This document shows positions 13,477 to 28,985 of a stretch of DNA of 64,000 nt, piece by piece (the first letter of the stretch is position 1; each line of letters begins with the position of its first letter). The stretch lies in the NCBI RefSeq assembly GCF_006345805.1, contig NC_043010.1:55242001-55306000 (forward strand), written 5' to 3'. The stretch comes from Octopus sinensis (Eukaryota). Below the pieces are notes generated by a model, which worked only from the letters and a program-made list of their open reading frames with translations, was not told where the DNA came from and ran no database searches. The position numbers and the translations under genes are program-made.

Positions 13477-13710
13477 AAAGTTTTTGTTGTAGTAAGAAAA
13501 TGATGATGAAGATGATGATGATGATGATGACGAAGAAGAAGATAAAGAAGAAGAAGAAGAAGAGAAGAAGAAGAAGAAGAAGAAGAAGAAGAAGAAGAAG
13601 AAGAAGAAGAAGAAGAAGAAGAAGAAGAAGAAGAAGAAGAAGAAGAAGAAGAAGAAGAAGAAGAAAAAAGATGATGATGATGATGGTGATGATGATGATG
13701 ATGATGATGC
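13320..13710. repeat. Compound trinucleotide microsatellite (AGT)n/(GAT)n/(AGA)n
   Basis: Read directly; explains the poly-L/S/T/V/R ORFs. Confidence 0.95.
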
Positions 13711-15309
13711 AGAAAGCGAAGGAGTACAAGGAGAATGCGATACTGATGCTGAGAAGAAGGATCAGATTGGTGTTGAATAAAGGGAATGTAATTTTCATTC
13801 ATAGCATGTGTAACATTTTTCCACTTTTATGTTATGATTTGAAATTTTGGCAGCACAACTCCAACAATATTAGGTTGACTCCATTATTCAAACACATTGT
13901 TCCCAGTATTCAACAAGCCCTAATTTTATCGGCTAGAAAAGGATAGAAAGGCAAGGTCGGTCTTGAGTGGAATTTGATGCCATAATGTAATGGATGACGA
14001 AATGCAACTAAGCATTTTGCCAGGCGTTCTAACAATACTGCCAGCTCACTACTGTAAACGCCTGACTGCCCACTTAACTGTGTGTAATTGTAGCAGAAGG
14101 CAAGCAATTATAGAGAAGTATTAAATTTATGTTGTTGTTGTTGTTGTTGTTAAGCAAGAAGATGGGTAAGGGTGATTAGGTGATGGTCAAGAGCTTAGAT
14201 GCGGGAGACTTCAGACCTTGAAAAAAAGAAACCTTTGGTCGTCTTGTTGTAGTCGAGGGATTATCGTTGACGCCCGACACCACTGGGAGGAGGACCTCGG
14301 AGTCGCTGGAAATGAAGATCTCCGCGTCCAAATTCTTGAACGGCCTAAGTTTGTTATGCTTACTCCAGCTTTCAACGGGTACACATTTTGTACATTCAGG
14401 TGAATGGAAGGTAAGTTCGCTCTTGGAAAAAGTACTGGTAAGAATTTTCTCCGATGCTTTAGTAAGACTGCCAGCTCCATGATTTTCTGGCTTCAGATTT
14501 TTGAATGAGGCAATGAATTTTATGGGAAGATGTCAATCAATGCCATCCTCCATAGTTCCACACCGATAATATATTTAATCATGTATGTGTGTGCGTGTGT
14601 GGGCTTATGAGTTTGCATTTGTGCGTATGTCAATCCTGGTTTCGTGCTTGTCCTCCCCTACATTTTAACGACTGTTATTGGTTGGTTTCCGTCCTCGTAA
14701 CTGAGATATTCGACAAAAGAAAATATTAGAATACGATCTAGACATAAAATATGTACTGGGATCGATTTGTTCGACAAATTTTATAAGATGTTGCTCTAGC
14801 ATGGCCAAAGCAGAATGAGGGAAAGAAGTAATTGAGTAAACAAGGAAAAATGTTGGAATCCAAATCTCACAGAGTATTTCCTGGCCGCCTTTCTTTAATT
14901 TACAACTAATTTGACATATGCAAATGTCGTCCGTAGATATGAATGCATTGGGCGAGTATAGAGGTCTTCAGGGAATATCTGTTTTAATGTGGTACAGAAT
15001 ATATTTGTGCTCTCAACGATTTCCTATTGTATGTTATATATATTTTTTTATCTTTTACTTGCTTCTGTCATTAGACTGCAGCCATGATGGGACACCACGT
15101 TGAAAGGTTTAGTCGAACGAACAGCTCCAGGGACTTAGATTTTAAGTCAAGTGTCCATTCGTCTGTCTGCTGTGTCACCGATTGTCATGTGTTCGAGAAG
15201 GACTAACACAGACACAAGGCAACACGCATATACATATACGTACAAATACACAATCGCACCCACACAGATGTATATATATATATATATATATGACGAGAAA
15301 TATATTGTC

Positions 15310-15344
<35 letters not shown>

Positions 15345-15689
15345 ATGCGTGAGTGTGCGTGTACATATACATACATATATATATGTGTGTGTGTGTGTTT
15401 TCAGTTATGATAATAAGTTGACGTTAATTTTAGGGGTCACTTTATACTTTGGTAAAGTAAAAACGTATCATTCCTAAACAAGGTTTTTGAGAGTGACTTC
15501 GAAGATTAGGTCAGTTAAGTCATCGTCATTAGGTCAGATAAGTCATTGAGGTTAATATTGGCTTTAAATGTTCATCTTGAGCTAAAATCTTCCTTAGGCA
15601 TGTGTGTTTCCGAAGCGTACTAATTAGAATTTTGTGTGGGTTGTTATGAATAGGCGATTTGGAGAAACAATTTCTATTTTTTTCTACTT

Positions 15690-16150
15690 TAAGCACAAGG
15701 GCCGAAATTTTGAGGATGGGGGCCAGTCGATTAGATCAACCCCAGAACGGAACTGATACTTAATTTATCGAACCCGAAAGTATGAAAAGCAAAGACGACG
15801 TCGGCTGAATTTAAACTCAGAACGTAACGACAGATGAAATAACTATTTCTTTACTACCCACAAGGGACTAAACACAGAGAGGACAAACAAGGACAGACAA
15901 ACGGATTAAGATGATTATATCGACCCCAGTGCGTAACTAGTACTTATTTAATCGACCCCGAAAGGATAAAAGGCAAAGCTGACCTCGGCGGAATTTGAAC
16001 TCAGACGAAATACCACTAAGCATTTCGCCCGGCGTGCTAACGTTTCTTATTTCTTTATTGCCCACAAGGGGCGAAACATAGAGGGGACAAACAAGGACAA
16101 ACAAAAGGGTTTAAGTTAATTACATCGAACCAGTGCGGAACTGGTACTTA
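15690..16150 (-). mobile_element. SINE family A tandem multimer
   Basis: Repeated ccccgaaaggat(g/a)aaaggcaaag...gaatttgaactcag modules. Confidence 0.8.
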
Positions 16151-16679
16151 ATTTGTTGCTGTTCACCTTTAAGATACAAACCCTTGTTTTTCATGGGATG
16201 AGGCTTTCGGCTAATATTTATGGAGTGTTTATTATCCTGGGGATTGCGAGTCCCTTATTTCTAACTAAAATGATTCCCGCTACACTAACTTTCCTCTATA
16301 TTTTCAAATCTTCAGTTTAGAGGGCTTTTACTTGTCTTCAATCTTCATGCGCAGACTAGACGGGGTTATTTTCTCTGTCTATGTCCTCATCTCTGCGAAT
16401 GAAATATATATCATAACCTGGAGTGAAGCAATTGCAATATGTACACAAAATACCTTAAAACATATCACTAAAGCGCTCAAATTTGAATACAATTTGTTGC
16501 AAATTCTGTCTAGAGGCAGATGGCATCATCCAAGCGTTCCCATCTTTCCTAGCAATGTAGCCGTACCTCGCTCCCTTTTTCAAAATCCATACAAGGATGA
16601 CCTATTCTTATCCATGGACACCACATCGCCTCACAAATGCACCAAGGTTCATGTAACGGTAGGCGGTAATCCACAGTTC

Positions 16680-17070
16680 AAGGTGGCGAGCTGGCAGAAT
16701 CGTTAGCACGCCGGGCGAAATGTGTAGCCGTATTTCGTCTGCCGTTACGTTCTGAGTTCAAATTTGGGGTTAATAAATTAAAGTACCAGTTGCGTACTGG
16801 ATTCTATGTAATCGACTTAATCCGTTTGTCTGCCCTTGTCTGTCCCCTCTGTGTTAAGCCCCTTGTGGGTAGTAAAGAAATAGGTATTTCGTCTGCCGCT
16901 ACGTTCTGAGTTCAAATTCCGCCATGGTCGACTTTGCCTTTCATCCTTTTGGGGTCGATTAAATAAGTTCCAGTTACACACTGGGGTCGATAAAATCGAC
17001 TTAATCCGTTTGTCTGTCCTTGTTTGTTCCCTCTGTGTTTACCCCCTTGTGGGTAGTAAAGAAATAGGTA
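16680..17070 (+). mobile_element. SINE family A dimer
   Basis: ggcgagctggcagaatcgttagcacgccgggcgaaatg head followed by two modules joined at aagaaatag|gtatttcgtc. Confidence 0.85.
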
Positions 17071-18129
17071 AGCCACAGTTATTATTTTACAGCTACAAGA
17101 ATTTCACCTTTGTCCTACATTTTATGAAAATAATCAGCAAAACATTCCTGTGATAGTTTTGTCGCATTCATTCTATTCTTGAGAACAATCTCTTCTTCAA
17201 AAAGCTTACATTGTTAAACAGTTTTTTTTATCGATGATGGACAAAAAAATAGCAGCATATGTGAAACATTTATGATTATCCTACAATTGCGTTCATTTGT
17301 GTATACTTTTCAGAAAAAAAAATATGAAGTACCAATGTCTGCGTTTGTGTTTGTAATTGCACCTCTCTGTATGATTGTCGTCGTTCATTTTCTGCTTGTA
17401 TGTTGTTTTTAATGTTCATATATTCATTTGCCGTTTCGAAAGTACTCAACAAATTTTTATTCGAAAATATTGCAGGCTGGCACGTAGGTACAACCTCTGT
17501 AGTAATCACATCTTGTTCTAGACAAAGAAAAGAAAACAATCCGAAATCTTCGTGAGTAAAAAAATATATATCTTGTCACAAGTCAAAAGATGCTTAAAAC
17601 TTAGAATTTTTGTTTTCTTTTATTTTTGTTTTTCCTTTAATAACTATTACTACACAGAATTTTCTTACAAATAATCCAAAAACATGTGTACCTAATTAAA
17701 TGGAACGTAAAAATCAAAACTGCCGTGGTGAAGTAACAAAACAAACTACAGTGATAATACATCAGAATTTACAAAGATTTAATTTATTACTGCAATGGTT
17801 TCTTTAACAAGGATGATGATGATGACAACGATAACGATGACGACGACGACCACCACCACGATGAGGATGTCTTGCAAACAACTTGCACATGCAAGTGCTA
17901 CCAGTCAAAAGCTCCGTATACCGGAAGCCAGCAAGTGTATGGGGTCATCAGGAGAGAATGCGCGCCGTTTCGGGGCCTACCTCTCGACGGCATCAATGCG
18001 CACCGGCCCCCCTTACTGATATGAGGCCCTGCTTGCTAGATCAGCTGGTTATTAAAATAACCTCAATATCCTTCTAGCCATCGCTCATCGTCTCTTTTTA
18101 ACCAAATCCAGTTATTAATAATTATTATT

Positions 18130-18635
18130 TGGGGTTTGAATAATTCACCTCTGGAACCACGTACGTTTAATTCACCATCCTAAAACAAACCTTATTCAGC
18201 GATCTTTTCAACGGGATAGGCTATTCGACCTGAAGAAAATTCTCACTGGACCTAACCTGCAAGGTCATGTGTTGTGTATGTTGTTATGAAATCACCACGT
18301 GTTCGGTGTACACTTACGCAAAGGATATGAAACATATCAATAATAAAACATATCAATAATAAAAAATAAAATAAAATAAAGTAAAAATAATTATAATTTT
18401 AACTTAAGGCGCAAGGCCTGAAATTTGTTGGGGAAGAGGAATAGTAGAACACTCTGACCCCAATGTTCAGCTGCTACTCATTTCATCGACAGGAAAGGAG
18501 TAATGGTAAAGTTAACCGCGATGGAATTTGAGCACAGAACATAACAGACAGATGAAAAGCCGCTAATATTCTTCCCGGCGTGCTAACGATATTGCTACCT
18601 CCCCACCTTTGATAATAATAATAATAATAATAATA

Positions 18636-18734
<99 letters not shown>

Positions 18735-19245
18735 TGATGATGATGATGATGATTATCATTATTATTATTATCATCATCATTATTATTATTATTGAGTAAG
18801 AGAGCAGCGCATGCCATCAAATGACACTGGGGTAAAATATACGAAGCCCAGTATAACCATCATGACTACCCGTCTGATTAGGGTACATGAGGCACATGCA
18901 TCACATATGTGCATGATATAGTGGTCTCATATCAAGATAGGCAACACATGGACTTGCAGGTGGGGCTCAGATAGAATTTTCTTCTGGTCGAGTAACCTAT
19001 CCCGCTCAAAAGGTCCCTGAATAAGGGTTGTTTAAGAATGTTGAATGAAACACGTGTTTCCAGATGTAAATTATTCAAACCCTAAAGAATCCCTCTCAAC
19101 ACATGCATATGATGCTCCCCAACTACTTCTGCTCGTCAGCCACTAAGGGTCATGGTCAACTGGTTATGGTCAAACAGCTGACAAGCAAATCTGTGGTATT
19201 GAGCAGAATACCTCTTTAGTAGCCCATCTTTTATACCGAGACAAA
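18130..19245. repeat. Two oppositely oriented copies of one interspersed repeat (18130-18270 and 18795-19245), with a family A SINE and (AAT)n between them
   Basis: The reverse complement of 18130-18270 matches about 18942-19082 (caacacatg..cttgcaggt...gaattttcttc.ggtcga...ttattcaaaccc). Confidence 0.7.
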
Positions 19246-20810
19246 CATTTTCAGAAAGAATCACTAGTCCGGTTTGACAAACACACGTCACAATAGATCA
19301 ATATTTAGCTTTACCACAAGACCACGTCACGAATAACTCGTACACCTTAAATGACAATAACGCTGACATTTCAAATAATAATATTTATCCATTGGCTGCA
19401 GACGTAAATAGAAAATAACATTGGTTCATATTATTTAATGACAGAATGACAGAACGAGGGCATAAATCAAGCATATATCTTCCCCCGAATGCCTTAAATA
19501 ATTACAAGTTTAAAATTCCCAATACAGGGCGGAGACAGTTAACAAAGCGGTTGCATGCCTTCAGTGTTTCCATTGTTAATGTCAGATAGGAGATATTTAT
19601 GATGATGCTGGTAAAATTGAAGATGGACTTGATGATGATATTAACATTGATAATAATGAAAATAATAATAATTATTATTTTTATTAGGCGAACACATAAC
19701 ACTCTGGGCTGTCTATAAAATAAAACCCTGAAAGGCGTTTTATGGGAGAGAACGCTGCTTGACAGCTTTGAAAAATAACAAATAACTGTGATTAAAAAAT
19801 ACCGAAAAACTGCGATTAAGATATAATTACATAAATGAAAAAGAATTGGCCAAAATTTTGAAAGAAAATTGCCACAGAAAAACGATATAAATCTTAGAGA
19901 CATTACCACATATAATAGTTGCATTACAAATGGTTACATTACTCAGTGAACGCCTACCGTGTGTAAAAATATAATCGAACTGATTGGGCTCCCACGAGTC
20001 ACAAAGACGAATAAATATTCGAATAAAAAATGCATTATTCAGATTGAACATTTTAATAGAAGATTGTGTACATCAAATCCAATGGACAGAAAATAAAGAA
20101 AATCAGACGTACAAAACTTCATATTACGACCATTAAGTTTACGTACAAGTAAGCGGCTAAAATTATGACAAACTGATCGAAAGGTCAGCTGGTCTTGGCT
20201 CTTCATTCTCACAAACAAATCAAAGATACCTGGACAGAGAGGAAAGTATTTTCGTATGCATGCTCTAAACATACTATATCCTATAAATAACAGTGCAACA
20301 ATATATTATGAAATTTTGTGTGAGACAGTCCGAATGCTCTGTAACGTATTTGTAATGCAAATCTGTTGTGTATAATTAAACTTTTAGACAAAACATGACC
20401 TCTTTTGCAAATAAAGAAATGCTCATTTGACTTTAAGAGTCAATTTATGATCAGTGTCGCCATAGTTGAATCCCGAGGACTAATAAGTCAAAGTCAAGGG
20501 TCACTAACATGTCTACTAAATATCCTTTGGCCGAATTCCTCACTATCAAGGGAATCCCGAGAATGCGAAGAGATATGATGTATCGGAGATTAAAAGAGGA
20601 AAGGAAAGAAAGCATGAATATAAATAAATATTTGAATTATGAAACGATTTATTCGGGAATTAGGCGAAACATATATGGTAGACGAAAAGTAGGGTAGTGA
20701 ATATATTTTAACAACCGAAATGGGTTCTATAGGTATCAAAGTGTCTACGAAAACAATAAAAGCGAATGGAAGGCATTTGGAGGTGTCTCCTTCCCAGCCT
20801 CCCCTCCGTT

Positions 20811-21105
20811 CATAATCATCATCATTCATCATTGTTCGACCGTGGTCGAGACAATGGAATTTGCCATGCTACGCCAGACTTCACGGTCCATCATGGCATT
20901 ACGGAGGTCCTGTTGCTGGATGCCTGTATCCCTGGAGATTACATCAGGGTAGGAGAGTGTGCGCCCTCTGGTATTGCGAGTAGATGGCTTCCAGAGGAGA
21001 AGAGTAGAAATTACTTCTTTTTCAGCTCTACGACAATGTCCAGCAAACTGGACTCTCCTACCTTTCACAAGAAATGACACAGGTGGTAGTTTCCCATATA
21101 TTACC
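20811..21105 (-). mobile_element. RTE-type LINE 3' end (5'-truncated)
   Basis: Translates to IYGKLPPVSFLVKGRRVQFAGHCRRAEKEVISTLLLWKPSTRNTRGRTLSYPDVISRDTG...DREVWR, followed by a (GAT)n tail; the RRxxFAGH and RGR..Y.D motifs are typical of the RTE C-terminus. Confidence 0.75.
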
Positions 21106-22175
21106 TAGACTCATAATTCTACATCATAATCACTCACCGACAGATATTTCAAGCAGACAGACATCCCTTGATTCCTCTTAAAATGCTTTTTTAAATGGGT
21201 ATAGTATTTGCCTTCTATCGCTTTGAATTTAATAAAAAGCGTCACATAGGATCATTTTTGCGAGGCAAAGCTTACGACTAAAGAGGTATTCTCTTTTGTG
21301 ATACACCGATTTTGTTTTTCTTTCGTTTCACAGTTGACTAATGACATTTATTTCTTATCATCTTACAAAGGTCGCATCACAAACTTTGTAACTTGTGTTG
21401 TTTTTATCATGTTTGACTTATTACCAAGTTTATTTTTTAACTTTTACGTGTGTTAAATAATAACTGTCTGTCTTTATGTTTGTGTCGCTTTGTATAATTG
21501 ACATTCCATTATTTTAATTGTTTTTATCCTTTTTTGTCTATATAGGTGTTCATTTTGTTTTAAATATTCGGTGTTAACAGCTTTACGTCTAGCACAAAAT
21601 CCCACTAGCCCTGAGATAGACGTATTCAAACCAATAAACAAAGTAAAATTTATGTCGGCAAAAATATCTGTACACAATAAATGTTTTCATGGAAAAATGA
21701 AAGAAAAATGTCATTATTGGTGATGGAATTAGAGTGAGCTAAAGTTAAAAAAAAACAAACAAAAATAAAACGAAGTGTATATTTAGCAATGCAATAACTG
21801 CGGGGCAGTTGTTTCCTGCCATTTTTTCCCTTTTTAAACACTGTAATTATAGGAATGTGGTATTCGTGTCGAATATCATATTTTATCAGGTTTTCAAGAA
21901 TATGTCTGCTTTTAGTGCGGTATATTGTTTGCTGTTTTGAACAAATGTTGTGCCTGTAGCTAATAACGAAATTGTATTCAGCGTAACGGCTAAATACAAC
22001 ACGAATAATTTTTCAATCACTGTTTAAGTATATCAATAACTGCCAATCTTTGCATAGCATTCGGTACCAGTAGATATTTATTTCTATGATTTATATCACG
22101 ATGAATGTATAGGAGATGCTTTTGCAGGTTGGATATTCCATCCGAACTAATATTTCTTCCATCTCTAATAAAGTG

Positions 22176-22227
<52 letters not shown>

Positions 22228-22344
22228 CAAAATGGGACAAGAACGCAAAACATTCAAATAGAGGACATATATATATATATATGTATGTAAGTATGTAGTA
22301 TGTATGTATATATGTATGTATGTATATGTATACGTATTCTCTCT

Positions 22345-22379
<35 letters not shown>

Positions 22380-22393
22380 ATTATATATATATA

Positions 22394-22426
<33 letters not shown>

Positions 22427-23849
22427 ATCACAAACAAACAAAGAATTTACAGCTACTTCTGCTACAAGATGAAATCCTCAATTTGAACTCTGATTGTGTA
22501 TCATCTTACAGTTTCGTCAGAACATATATACATATGTGTATACCCGTGGCGCGCGTGTGTATATCACAATACCATTCGTACCATTAGTAAAACATTATGT
22601 TGTTCACATAGTATATTGTGCCTGCATAGTTGCAGACAAGAATGTTTTTTTTATCTCCATCATCATCTTCATCATCTTTATTGATATTGATCCTGGAGTT
22701 CTCAATTATGCTTCTTTGCCCGGGATAGGAATGGCTGTTTAAAAGAGGTCTACAGATAATGCATATGCATTATCATCTCATTAGGTTATGAATTTTGTAT
22801 GCCCAAATTTTATACGGAAAAAAATTTGGAATTCTGCGAACTTACCCCATGATCTTGGGCAAAAGTAAATCTGAGATTTACATTATTAGCACTACTTGAT
22901 AGACATGTACAGCAATTTTAAACTTCTGAATTGACTTCTGTCGATGTATTAGGAAGTAGTATTCATAGTTATCGCCAAGCTAATACGGCAGTCCAGAAAT
23001 ATAGGACGAATGCTCCAAGGGGCCATCACCTCTAGCTAACTATGTGACACACGAATCTGTATCCGTTATAACATTCGAACAGGGCAGGTCAGTCGCTTCC
23101 CCTTGCTGGTCAGGCATCTGCAGACTAGACTAGTATTCGTTAAAGTGGTTGCTGTATTTTTTAGTCACAGTTACGACAAATGAACGCTCCCACATCCATT
23201 CCATTTTTTATTTTAGTTAGACGATCGGAATTCAAGAAGACACAGATAAAAGCTATCATTCATACTGATAGGGATGACTCGCTTTAAAAAAATCGTGGGA
23301 ACAACGACGACGTCATGATAAATAACAACATCTCTCAAGAATGTTTATACTTGTGTATGAAAAGCATTATATGACAGTTGGACAAATAAAAGGACGACAA
23401 AACATGGTCATTTCTAAAACATCTTTATTCGATGAATTATTCACTGGAAACAACGAAGAGAAATTCGATATTCATCTGTATTTCAAAAGACGGGTTTAAT
23501 TCCATAAGAATCCAGTATGTTAGAACGAGCAAAACGCCCTCCGTCCAATGGACGGTACTGAGTTGTCAAACATCTAAACCAAATTTTCTCAAAACAACTT
23601 GTCCGACCGTCCCATAGGCCTCCCCTTTGAGAAACACTGATTGAACCCGAATTTGAGACACCAGCAAAAGAAGAAATAACGATATACTTTTTTTCTATTC
23701 CAAAGAAAAACGATTTTATTTACGTAAATATGCAACCGAGGGGTTTAAAGTACCAGTAATGATCAGGCTGTTGACTGGGAGATCTCAAACATGGTTTAAA
23801 CAGTAAGCTTGGCAGGAAAGAAACGTGCCTTTAAGCAGTACGAAAAGCA

Positions 23850-24066
23850 TAAAAAATGGAAGGTGCAGTTATGTACAGGTTGACGGAAGGAAAGCAGGAC
23901 CAAAACGGCTTTATCGATCGCATTCTCACCTGGAATCAATTTTTGTAATTTTTCCAAGATTCGGTCGGTATCTACATATCAAATTTGAGCGCAATCGGAT
24001 GGAGGATGCCCCCGAGATTATAGACGACACACACAGACAGACAGAACGGATTTTATATAACAGATT
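23850..24066 (+). mobile_element. Possible non-autonomous Helitron/Helentron-like end
   Basis: ctacatatcaaatttgagcgcaatcgg...acacacagacagacagaacggattttatataacagat resembles microsatellite-bearing ends of these elements; related to 43775-44125. Confidence 0.35.
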
Positions 24067-24617
24067 AGTTGTGGCTTATATGTGTAAGGTTGTACCGATT
24101 GAACTATCTGGGTAATGCAAGCGAACGAATTTTTTCTGGAGTTATGAGGACGGGGCCGAACCGAAAAAACAAGAGCATCTGCAGTGTCACACACCTTATC
24201 AAACACTTGTAACAATAATGAATTTGAGGATTAATTGTGTTGATGTCGACTCTTAACCCAACTTAAACGTGCGCAACAATACGGATACGTATGGATGTAT
24301 TTTTAATGATATTTCCAAAAACATTTAAATCCTAATGCTCACCAGGGAAAATGCCTGTTCTCCGATGTGGGAGCACACAGTCGTGGATTACAGAGGATTA
24401 TTTAAAATAGTAATGTAATGCAAAAGCCCTTGTATTATACTTGTATTAGGAAATGATGTTAATTATTCACTTCCTGTCCACATGTGTGGTGAGGAACGGC
24501 GGGGCTGCGGTGAGACCGGCTAAGCCCGACAAGCTAAGGAGAGTAATCTTACGGTAAAAAGAAATAATAATAATAATAACAACAACAACAACAACAATAA
24601 TAATAATAATAATATAA

Positions 24618-24648
<31 letters not shown>

Positions 24649-24652
24649 ATTG

Positions 24653-24710
<58 letters not shown>

Positions 24711-25574
24711 TAACAATATTAATAATAATAATATTAGTAATTATCATTATTATCTCATCTACTTCCGTGCAATGATTAGGAAGAGGATAGAAACTAGCGT
24801 AATGTTGGTATCCTTTAACCAAAAGATTGGGTTTCAAATACGAACTAAAACGGACCCAATATGAAATCCCAATATTTGACGAAGAAGAAGAAGAAGAAGA
24901 AGAAGAAGAAGAAGAAGAAGAAGAAGAAGAAGAAGAAGAAGAAGAAGAAGAAGAAGAAGAAGAAGAGAAAGAAGAAGACGAAGAAAAAGAAGCTATCTTA
25001 GTGATAAAATCATGAATGGTTATGTAAAGGTTTTGGCAATATAGGGGGAGTTTGAGGGTCAGCACTTTGCGTGTATAAACGGGCGTACGAAGAAACCAAA
25101 TGTGGATTTTGTGGATTTTGTTTAGAAACAATTAGACAATAAAGTAGAATTTGATAGCGAAATTAGAGAAGGGGTAAAATAGGTAAAGAGTAATGAATTC
25201 CACGAATACACAAAATACAATGACAGATAAAGGGCAAAAAATAGACAAATCTGGGGAGGCAAATCGTCTCTAAAAAATAGATGGTGGACCCATGTGCAAT
25301 ATGGAAAATATATGCATCAGACACGTGAGAACACATATATGTATGTGTGTGTGTGTGTGTGCGTTTTTGTGTGCGCGAGTGTGCGTGTTGGTGCTTATGT
25401 ATGTGTATGTGTGAGTGCTCATTGGGGTGTGGTGTGTGTGCGTGTCTGTGTGAGTGCCTTTCTCTCGCCCTCGCTCTCTCCCTATATATATACATCTCTC
25501 TATATATATATATGTGGGGGGGGGTTGCGTGCGCGTGTGTGTGTGTATGTATGTTTATATATATGTGGATAGTA

Positions 25575-26419
25575 CAGCCTCCTCAACGCAAAAAGGATTA
25601 AAAAAGAATGGCTGCCTGCCGAAGAACCCTAAGGCTTCGGGAGGTGGGGGAGAGACTCTGAACAAAGCGGAAGCGCTCCACTCTCCCGAAGTCAGGAAGA
25701 AAGGAAAGAAGAAGAACGGGTCATTGCGGGTGGGAGATGATGTGCCATCTGTATATCCGTAAGTTGTTCCATCCATGGTGGAAGAAACGACCCCCACCAT
25801 TAAAGATGATGAATTAATTATCTTTTTCTATCAGGGCGAGGAGGTGGAAAAAATAGTAGAAGAACATAAAGAGACAGTAGATCCCGAATGGCCTCCGCAG
25901 ATAGCTGTGGAGGTCATAAGGTTTCCCTTGTGGGAAAGGCTTTAAAGATTTGAGAAGGAGTGTCGCATATGGCGGGGTGGCTCTTACACTGGAATGACGT
26001 ACGTGTCCTACATGAGTGAGGCATGGGAAATGGCGACATAAAAGAACTCAAGCGGCATTGAAGGTAATGATGGATATATTGATGGATATATCGATGAGTA
26101 GGCGGTGAAAAAGCGTTGTTAGAGGGTTTCAAACTTCATCTTATTGTATTATTTGTAGTAGTTTATAACCTTAATTGTGGGTTTAAAAAATAAAACAAGT
26201 TAAGTAAGAGGTTTTAGTGCCCCCTTCTTGTAAGAGGTTTGAAACCTCATATTGATTTTTAAAAAGAGAAAATATGTTTCCGAGAAAAATCCAATCGGCG
26301 GGTGTTGGGTTTCGTCTCTCATTTATTCACTTTATTTCATTTTCATTCATTAATGTGTTTGTACAACCTGCAAAGTTACCCAATCTTTGTACTGCCTTTA
26401 TGGCGAATTTATTGAAATA
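25575..26419 (+). mobile_element. Internally deleted copy of the same non-LTR family (ORF1 remnant joined to 3' end)
   Basis: PSMVEETTPTIKDDELIIFFYQGEEVEK...DPEWPPQIAVEVIRFPLWERL aligns by eye with the 5.3-5.5 kb frame; the 3' end tgtactgcctttatggcgaatttattgaaata abuts aagtagcttgctt. Confidence 0.6.
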
Positions 26420-26785
<366 letters not shown>

Positions 26786-27553
26786 AGCAATAATCCTAAA
26801 TGTAACATTTCGAATTCAAATACTGTAGACGGTCTTGATTTTTTGCTTCTAACAACGAAACACAGAATGCTCTAACCAATCACGTATTGGTCACCATTCA
26901 CTGCCACGTCTATTAAACAGACTTACCTTAATTAAAAATTAGTATTAACCAATTTACTGTTCTCCAGTATGTGTTTTATCTGTAACGTAAAGAATTATAC
27001 TGATTTCTACATTTCTTTTGAGGAGACCACTTTGCTTTTAATTGTAGCTTTTTTAATACTGTTTTGGTATTTATAATATGTCTGTAATGCATCATATTTT
27101 AAACAGAGTCTCCAAGAAGGAAACTTATTCTATAAATCCTTAAAATTTTTTTAGTTAACACACTGGCAAAAACATCGTGTCTATAATAGACTTTGAAAAC
27201 AATTCTTAATTGTAAAAAAAAAAAACAGGTAAGGATAATAAGCATACCAAAATAAGATGTAAAAAAAAAGAGGTAAATTTCTTTCGTTCATCGATTAAGT
27301 TAAGTTAGTAACTCGATTACACAACTGACAATACCAGCATTGCTTATGTAGCCATCGGAAATTATTCACATTTACTTTCTCTTTTATTATTGAATTCTAT
27401 TTTTCTTTTGTTCATGTACATTCCATTCTTTTTTATTTCCTACACTAGTCTCCCAAATCTGTTTTTGCATGTCTTACCAATCAATGGATACTTTCAAACA
27501 TAGTATTGAACACTTATTTTTAAATTTGTAGTAATTCCAATTTATCACTGTTG

Positions 27554-27612
<59 letters not shown>

Positions 27613-27614
27613 CC

Positions 27615-27671
<57 letters not shown>

Positions 27672-27838
27672 GCAAACATAGAGAGATACAGATAATGAGT
27701 GAAAGAGAACAGATAACCGATAGTATAAGTAAAATGGATAAAACTATATAATTGGAAATTTAATGAGAAAATTAAACGGTTGAACATATACAATAGTTGT
27801 AAAAAGAAATCTAACATCTTTTCCTTTACACAGATATA

Positions 27839-27934
<96 letters not shown>

Positions 27935-28095
27935 TGTATACGTATGTATAAGCAGGAGGACACAAATGAACTGAAATCCTTTTTTTATACTTTTATTCTT
28001 GCTACGTAAGTTGTATCAATCCTCTAGGCACAGAGACACTAGTGAGTACATGAAAATGTAAATATATACATCGATCCATGCATATACTTTATTGT

Positions 28096-28138
<43 letters not shown>

Positions 28139-28749
28139 ATATATACGTATCTGTAGTATTTATGGAGATGTCTTTAAAAAATATAATTATACAGTAACAA
28201 TGGTGTAGAAAATAATCGTTTAGTTATTTTCTACGTGGTATACTATTATCTAGTTAAAACACGAATTAACAAACAGACCTACCCTAATACGCACCCGGCA
28301 CACAAAAAAAAAACAGCACAGAAAGAAAACAGGAGCTCATGCAAGGACTGTTTATGCTGTCAATGTTAACAGAATTGGAACAACATTTAGTTAGAATGCT
28401 GGCAGACTAGTTACTACTCGGCGCAAAACTTTTCGCGGCATGTCACACGGTTTTTACATTCTGAGTTCAATTGACTTAGCATTGCACAGAAACAGTTGAG
28501 CATTAGGTTCGATTATCGATTTATCCCCTCCCCCGAAATTGCTGCATTTATCCTAAAATCTGAAATCGATATTATTATAATTTGAAAAATACTTAGCTGG
28601 TGAACTGGCAATATCGTTAGCACCCCGGGCCAAATGCATAGCGATATTAGTCCATCTTTACGCCTTGAGATAAAATTTCGCCTTGGCCGACCTTACCTTT
28701 CATTTTTTTCTGGTCGATAAATTAATTACCATTTGAGGGCTGGATTCCC

Positions 28750-28985
28750 TTCGAGGTACGTGGGTTAGAGCACTGAAGTCATCATCATAAGATTGTGGTT
28801 TTGATTCCTGGACCGGGGTGAAACGTTGTGTTCTTATGCAAACCATTTCATTTCATGTTGCCCCAGTCCACTCAGCTGTCGAAAATGAGTAATGCTGCAA
28901 AAGACTAGCATCCCGTTCAGGTGGGGCATTTATACAGCATGGAAACCGGGACACTGGCCCTTATTTGTCCGTATGTCTCGAGAAC
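28750..28985 (+). mobile_element. tRNA-derived SINE, another family
   Basis: A/B-box-like head (gggttagagcact...ttgattcctggaccggg) plus ccccagtccactcagctg...gactagcatcccgttcagg body. Confidence 0.5.

Noticed and set aside
13043-13946. Poly-L/S/T/R ORFs here and YI/CV/THT-type ORFs throughout the window
   Set aside because: They are translations of microsatellites.
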